DNA from: Eledone cirrhosa
Lineage: Eukaryota
Length of the DNA: 64,000 nt
Assembly (NCBI GenBank): GCA_964016885.1
Contig: OZ024742.1
Coordinates: 324,570,001 to 324,634,000, forward strand
Direction of reading: 5' to 3'
A program made the translations under genes and the position numbers. Below are positions 57,701 through 64,000 of this stretch, in pieces. The notes beneath the pieces were generated by a model, which saw only the letters and a list, made by a program, of their open reading frames with translations, had not been told where the DNA came from and searched no databases. Position 1 is the first letter of the stretch. Every line of letters begins with the position of its first letter.

Positions 57701-60700
57701 TTGGTGGTTGTGGTGTTGGTGGTTGTGGTGTTGGTCGTTGTGGTGTGGGTGGTTGTGGTGTTGGTGGTTGTGGTGTTGGTGGTTGTGGTGATGGTGGTTG
57801 TGATGTTGGTGGTTGTGGTGTTGGTAGTTGTGGTGTTGGTGGTTGTGGTGTTGGTCGTTGTGGCGTTGGTGGTTGTGATGTTGGTGGTTGTGGTGTTGGT
57901 GGTTGTGGTGTTGTTGGTTGTGGTGATGGTGGTTGTGATGTTGGTGGTTGAGGTGGTGGTGGTTGTGGTGTTGGTGGTTGTGGCGTTGGTGGTTGTGGTG
58001 TTGGTGGTTGTGGTGTTGGTGGTTGTGGTGTTGGTCGTTGTGGTGTTGGTGGTTGTCGTGTTGGTGGTTGTGGTGTTGGTGGTTGTGGTGATGGTGGTGT
58101 GGTGTTGGTGGTTGTGGTGTTGGTGGTTGTGGTGTTGGTGGTTGTGGTGTTGGTTGTTGTGGTGTTGGTGGTTGTGGTGTTGGTGGTTGTGGTGATGGTG
58201 GTTGTGATGTTGGTGGTTGTGGTGTTGGTAGTTGTGGTGTTGGTGGTTGTGGTGTTGGTGTTTGTGATGTTGGTGGTTGTGGTGTTGGTAGTTGTGGTGT
58301 TGGTGGTTGTGGTGTTGGTGGTTGTGGTGTTGGTGGTTGTGGTGATGGTGGTTGTGATGTTGGTGGCTGTGGTGGTGGTGGGTGTGGTGTTGGTGGTTGT
58401 AGTGTTGGTGGTTGTGGTGTTGGTGGAAGTGGTGTTGGTGGGTGTGGTGTTGATGGGTGTGGTGTTGTGGTTGAGGTTGTGGTTGTTGTGGTTTCGGTGG
58501 AAGTGGTGTTGGTGGTTGTGGTGTTGGTGGTTGTGGTGTTGGTGGTTGTGGTGTTGGTGGTTGTGGTGTTGGTGGTTGTGGTGTTGGTGGTTGTGGTGTT
58601 GGTGGTTGTGGTGTTGGTGGAGGTGGTGTTGTTGGTTGTGGTGTTGGTGGTTGTGGTGTTGGTGGTTGTGGTGTTGGTGGTTGTGGTGTTGGTGGTTGTG
58701 GTGTTGGTGTTTGTGGTGTTGGTCGTTGTGGTGTTGGTGGTTGTGGTGTTGGTGGTTGTGGTGTTGGTGGTTGTGGTGATGGTGGTTGTGATGTTGGTGG
58801 TTGTGGTGTTGGTAGTTGTGGTGTTGGTGGTTGTGGTGTTGGTCGTTGTGGTGTTGGTGGTTGTGATGTTGGTGGTTGTGGTGTTGGTGGTTGTGGTGTT
58901 GTTGGTTGTGGTGATGGTGGTTGTGATGTTGGTGGTTGAGGTGGTGGTGGTTGTGGTGTTGGTGGTTGTGGCGTTGGTGGTTTTGGTGTTGGTGGTTGTG
59001 GCGTTGGTGGTTGTGGTGTTGGTGGTTGTGGTGATGGTGGTGTGGTGTTGGTGGTTGTGGTGTTGGTGGAAGTCTTGTTGTTGGTTGTGGTGTTGGTGGT
59101 TGTGGTGTTGGTGGTTGCGGTGTTGGTGGTTGTGGTGTTGGTGGTTGTCGTGTTGGTGGTTGTGGTGTTGGTGGAAGTGGTGTTGGTGGTTGTGGTGTTG
59201 GTGGTTGTGGTGTTGGTGGTTGTGGTGTTGGTGGTTGTGGTGTTGGTGGTTGTGGTGTTGGTGGTTGTGGTGATGGTGGTTGTGGTGTTGGTGGTTGTGG
59301 TGTTAGTGGAAGTGATGTTGTTGGTTGTGGTGTTGGTGGTTGTGGTGTTGGTGGTTGTGGTGTTGGTGGTTGTGGTGTTGGTGGTTGTGGTGTTGATGGT
59401 TGTGCTGTTGGTGGTTGTGGTGATGGTGGTTGTGATGTTGTTGGTTGTGGTGTTGTTGGTTGTGGTGTTGGTGGTTGTGGTGTTGGTGGTTGTGGTGATG
59501 GTGGTGTGGTTTTGGTGGAGTTGGTGTCGGTGGTTGTGGTGTTGATGGTTGTGGTGTTGGTGGTTGTGGTTGTGGTGTTGGTGGTTGTGGTGTTGGTGGT
59601 TGTGGTGTTGGTCGTTGTGGTGTTGGTGGTTGTGGTGTTGGTGGTTTTGGTGATGGTGGTTGTGATGTTGGTGGTTGTGGTGTTGGTAGTTGTGGTGTTG
59701 GTGGTTGTGGTGTTGGTGGTTGTGGTGTTGGTGGTTGTAGTGTTGGTGGTTTTGGTGATGTTGGTTGTGATGTTGGTGGTTGTGGTGTTGGTGGTTGTGG
59801 TGTTGGTGGTTGTGGTGATGGTGGTTGTGGTGTTGGTTGTTGTGGTGTTGGTAGTTGTGGTGTTGGTGGTTGTGGTGTTGGTGGTTGTGGTGTTGGTGGT
59901 TGTGGTGATGGTGGTTGTGGTGTTGATGGTTGTGGTGATGGTGGTTGTGGTGTTGGTGGTTGTGGTGTTGGTGGTTGTGGTGTTGGTGGTTGTGGTGTTG
60001 GTGGTTGTGGTGATGGTGGTTGTGGTGTTGGTGGTTGTGGTGATGGTGGTTGTGGTGTTGATGGTTGTGCTGTTGGTGGTTGTGGTGTTGGTGGTTGTGG
60101 TGATGGTGTTGTGGTGTTGGTGGTTGTGGTGTTGGTGGTTGCGGTGATGGTGGTTGTGGTGTTGGTGGTTGTGGTGTTGGTGCTTGTGGTGTTGGTGGTT
60201 GTGGTGTTGGTGGTTGTGGTGTTGGTGGTTGTGCTGTTGGTGGTTGTGGTGATGGTGGTTGTGATGTTGGTGGCTGTGGTGTTGGTATTTGTGGTGTTGG
60301 TGCTTGTGGTGTTGGTGGTTGTGGTGTTGGTGGTTGTGGTGATGGTGGTTGTGATATTGGTGGTTGTGGTGTTGGTGGTTGTGGTGATAGTGGTTGTGAT
60401 GTTGGTGGTTGTGGTGGTGGTGGGTGTGGTGTTGGTGGTTGTGGTGTTGGTGGTTGTGGTGTTGGTGGTTGTGGTGTTGGTCGTTGTGGTGTTGGTCGTT
60501 GTGGTGTTGGTGGTTGTGGTGTTGGTGGTTGTGGTGTTGGTGGTTGTGGTGTTGGTGGTCGTGGCGTTGGTGGTTGTGGTGTTGGTGGTTGTGGTGTTGG
60601 TGGTTGTGGTGTTGGTGGTTGTGGTGTTGGTGGTTGTGGAGTAGGTGGTTGTGGTGATGGTGGTTGTGGTGTTGGTGGTTGTGGTGTTGGTGGTTGTGGT

Positions 60701-63700
60701 GTTGGTGGTTGTGCCGTTGGTGGTTGTGGTGTTGGTGGTTGTGGTGATGGTGGTTGTGTTGTTGGTGTTTGTGGTGTTGGTGGTTGTGGTGTTGGTGGTC
60801 GTGGCGTTGGTGGTTGTGGTGTTGGTGGTTGTGGTGTTGGTGGTTGTGGTGTTGGTGGTTGTGGTGACGGTGGTTGCGGTGTTGGTGGTTGTGGTGTTGG
60901 TGGTTGTGGTGTTGGTGTAAGTGGTGTTGCAGGTTGTGGAGATGGTGGTAGTGGGGATGATGGTTGTGGTGAGGGAGTTGTGGTTACGGGTGCAGTGGCG
61001 TTGGTGGAAGTGGTGTTGGTGATTGTGGTGTTGGTGGTTGTGGCGTTGGTGGTTGTGGTGTTGCTGGTTGTGGTGTTGGTGGTTGTGGTGGTGGTGGTTG
61101 TGGTGTTGGTGTTTGTGGTGATGGTGGTGTGGTGTTGGGGGTTGTGGTGTTGGTGGAAGTGTTGTTGTTGGTTGTGGTGATGGTGGTTGTGTTGTTGGTG
61201 GTTGTGGTGTTGGTGGTTGTGGTGTTGGTGGTCGTGGCGTTGGTGGTTGTGGTGTTGGTGGTTTTGGTGTTGGTGGTTGTCGTGTTGGTGGTTGTGGTGT
61301 TGGTGGTTGTGGTGATGGTGGTGTGGTGTTGGTGGTTGTGGTGTTGGTGGAAGTGTTGTTGTTGGTTGTGGTGATGGTGGTTGTGTTGTTGGTGGTTGTG
61401 GTGTTTGTGGTTGTGGTGTTGGTGGTCGTGGCGTTGGTGTTTGTGGTGTTGGTGGTTGTGGTGTTGGTGGTTGTGGTGTTGGTTGTTGTGGTGTTGGTGG
61501 TTGTGGTGTTGGTGGTTGTGGTGTTGGTGGTTGTGGTGTTGGTGGAGTTGGTGTTGGTGGAAGTGTTGTTGTTGGTTGTGGTGATGGTGGTTGTGATGTT
61601 GGTGGTTGTGGCGTTGGTGGTTGTGGTGTTGGTGGTTGTGGTGACGGTGGTGTGGTGTTGGTGGTTGTGGTGTTGGTGGAAGTGTTGTTGTTGGTTGTGG
61701 TGTTGGTGGTTGTGGTGTTGGTGGTTGTGGTGTTGGTGGTTGTGGTGTTGGTGGTCGTGGCGTTGGTGGTTGTGGTGTTGGTGGTTGTGGTGTTGGTGGC
61801 TGTGGTGTTGGTGGTTGTGGTGATGGTGGTTGTGGTGTTGGTGGTTGTGGTGATGGTGGTTGTGGTGTTGATGGTTGTGGTGTTGGTGGTTGTGGTGTTG
61901 GTGGTTGTGGTGATGGTGGTGTGGTGTTGGTGGTTGTGGTGTTGGTGGTTGCGGTGATGGTGGTTGTGGTGTTGGTGGTTGTTGTGTTGGTGGTTGTGGT
62001 GTTGGTGGTTGTGGTGTTGGTGGTTGTGGTGTTGGTGCTTGTGGTGTTGGTGGTTGTGGTGTTGGTGGTTGTGCTGTTGGTGGTTGTGGTGATGGTGGTT
62101 GTGATGTTGGTGGTTGTGGTGTTGGTATTTGTGGTGTTGGTGGTTGTGGTGTTGGTGGTTGTGGTGTTGGTGGTTGTGGTGATGGTGGTTGTGATATTGG
62201 TGGTTGTGGTGTTGGTGGTTGTGATGTTGGTGGTTGTGGTGTTGGTGGTTGTGGTGTTGGTGGTTGTGGTGATGGTGGTTGTGATGTTGGTGGTTGTGGT
62301 GTTGGTGGTTGTGGTGTTGGTGGTTGTGGTGATAGTGGTTGTGATGTTGGTGGTTGTGGTGGTGGTGGGTGTGGTGTTGGTGGTTGTGGTGTTGGTGGTT
62401 GTGGTGTTGGTGGTTGTGGTGTTGGTCGTTGTGGTGTTGGTCGTTGTGGTGTTGGTGGTTGTGGTGTTGGTGGTTGTGGTGTTGGTGGTTGTGGTGTTGG
62501 TGGTCGTGGCGTTGGTGGTTGTGGTGTTGGTGGTTGTGGTGTTGGTGGTTGTGGTGTTGGTGGTTGTGGTGTTGGTGGTTGTGGTGATGGTGGTTGTGGT
62601 GTTGGTGGTTGTGGTGTTGGTGGAAGTGTTGTTGTTGGTTGTGGTGTTGGTGGTTGTGGTGTTGTTGGTTGTAGTGTTGGTTGTTGTGGTGTTGGTGGTT
62701 GTGGTGTTGGAGATTGTGGTGTTGGTGGTTCTGGTGTTGGTGGTTGTGGTGTTGGTGGTTGTGGTGTTGGTGGTTGTGGTGTTGGTGATTGCGGTGTTGG
62801 TGGTTGTTGTGTTGGTGGATGTGGTGTTGGTGGTTGTGGTGTTGGTGGAGGTGGTGTTGGTGGTTGTGGTGTTGGTGGTTGTGATGATGGTGGTTGTGGT
62901 GTTGGTGGTTGTGGTGTTGGTGGTTGTGGTGTTGGTGGTTGTGATGTTGGTGGTTGTGGTGTTGGTGATTGCGGTGTTGGTGGTTGTGGTGTTGGTGGAT
63001 GTGGTGTTGGTGGTTGTGGTGTTGGTGGAGGTGGTGTTGGTGGTTGTGGTGTTGGTGGTTGTGATGATGGTGGTTGTGGTGTTGGTGGTTGTGGTGTTGG
63101 TGGTTGTGGTGTTGGTGGTTGTGATGTTGGTGGTTGTGGTGTTGGTGGTTGTGGTGTTGGTGGTTGTGGTGTAGGTGGTTGTGGTGATGGTGGTTGTGGT
63201 GTTGGTGGTTGTGGTGTTGGTGGTTGTGGCATTGGTGGTTGTGGTGTTGGTGGTTGTGGTGATGGTGGTTGTGTTGTTGGTGGTTGTGGTGTTGGTGGTT
63301 GTGGTGTTGGTGGTCGTGGCGTTGGTGGTTGTGGTGTTGGTGGTTGTGGTGTTGGTGGTTGTGGTGTTGGTGGTTGTGGTGACGGTGGTTGCGGTGTTGG
63401 TGGTTGTGGTGTTGGTGGTTGTGGTGTTGGTGGAAGTGGTGTTGGTGGTTGTGGTGTTGGTGGTTCTGGTGATGGTGGTTGTGGTGTTGGTGGAAGTGGT
63501 GTTGGTGGTTGTGGTGTTGGTGGTTGTGGTGTTGGTGGAAGTGGTGTTGGTGGTTGTGGTGTTGGTGGTTGTGTTGATGGTGGTTTTGTTGTTGGTGGAA
63601 GTGGTGTTAGTGGTTGTGGTGTTGGTGGTTATGGTCTTGTTGGTTGTGGTGTTGGTGGATGTGGTGTTGGTGGTTGTGGTGATGGTGGTTGTGGTGTTGG

Positions 63701-64000
63701 TGGTTGTGGTGTTGGTGGTTGTGGTGATGGTGGTTGTGGTGTTGGTGGTTGTGGTGATGGTGGTTGTGGTGTTGCTGGTTGTGGTGTAGGTGGTTGTGGT
63801 GATGGTGGTTGTGGTGTTGGTGGTTGTGGTGTTGGTGGTTGTGGTGTTGGTGGTTATGGTGTCGGTGGTTGTGGTGATGGTGGTTGTGGTGTTGGTGGTT
63901 GTGGTGTTGGTGGTCGTGGTGTTGGTGGTTGTGGTATTGGTGGAAATGGTTTTGGTGGTTGTGGTGTTGGTGGTTGTGGTGTTGGTGGTTGTGGTGTTGG
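18750..64000. repeat. Giant 15-bp satellite (GGTGTTGGTGGTTGT)n with nested higher-order duplications; runs past the window end
   Basis: Uninterrupted head-to-tail array over 45 kb (about 3000 units), with a + strand that is almost purely G/T. Strings of variant units recur at offsets of 1170, 4094, 3811 and 3212 bp. Confidence 0.98.

Noticed and set aside
18887-63789. Dozens of long poly-Val, Trp/Cys, Thr, Pro and His ORFs as real genes
   Set aside because: They are direct translations of a stop-free 15-bp repeat, they overlap in all frames, and the higher-order duplications do not preserve frame.
18750-64000. Canonical telomere
   Set aside because: There are no TTAGGG repeats in the array, and kb-scale blocks with copied variants indicate recombinational amplification rather than telomerase synthesis.

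Overview
AT-rich, microsatellite-saturated animal genomic DNA with no convincing host protein-coding gene. The SINE families resemble those I recall from octopus genomes; this is recognition only and was not checked. Positions 1-18.7 kb are a transposon graveyard: a 5'-truncated R4/Dong-type RLE retrotransposon sitting in a (TATG)n tract, an RTE LINE 3' end with a (GAA)n tail, a decayed hAT (Charlie/Buster) transposon, many tRNA-derived SINEs, MITEs, three clustered fold-back inverted repeats, and several hammerhead-ribozyme-like motifs of Penelope-like type, some embedded in (TA)n. From about 18.75 kb to the window end (over 45 kb) lies one head-to-tail satellite of the 15-mer GGTGTTGGTGGTTGT, roughly 3000 units. 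It has nested kb-scale higher-order duplications and layering in which the edges share variants absent from the core. The very long ORFs over it are best explained as artefacts of its G/T-only composition.
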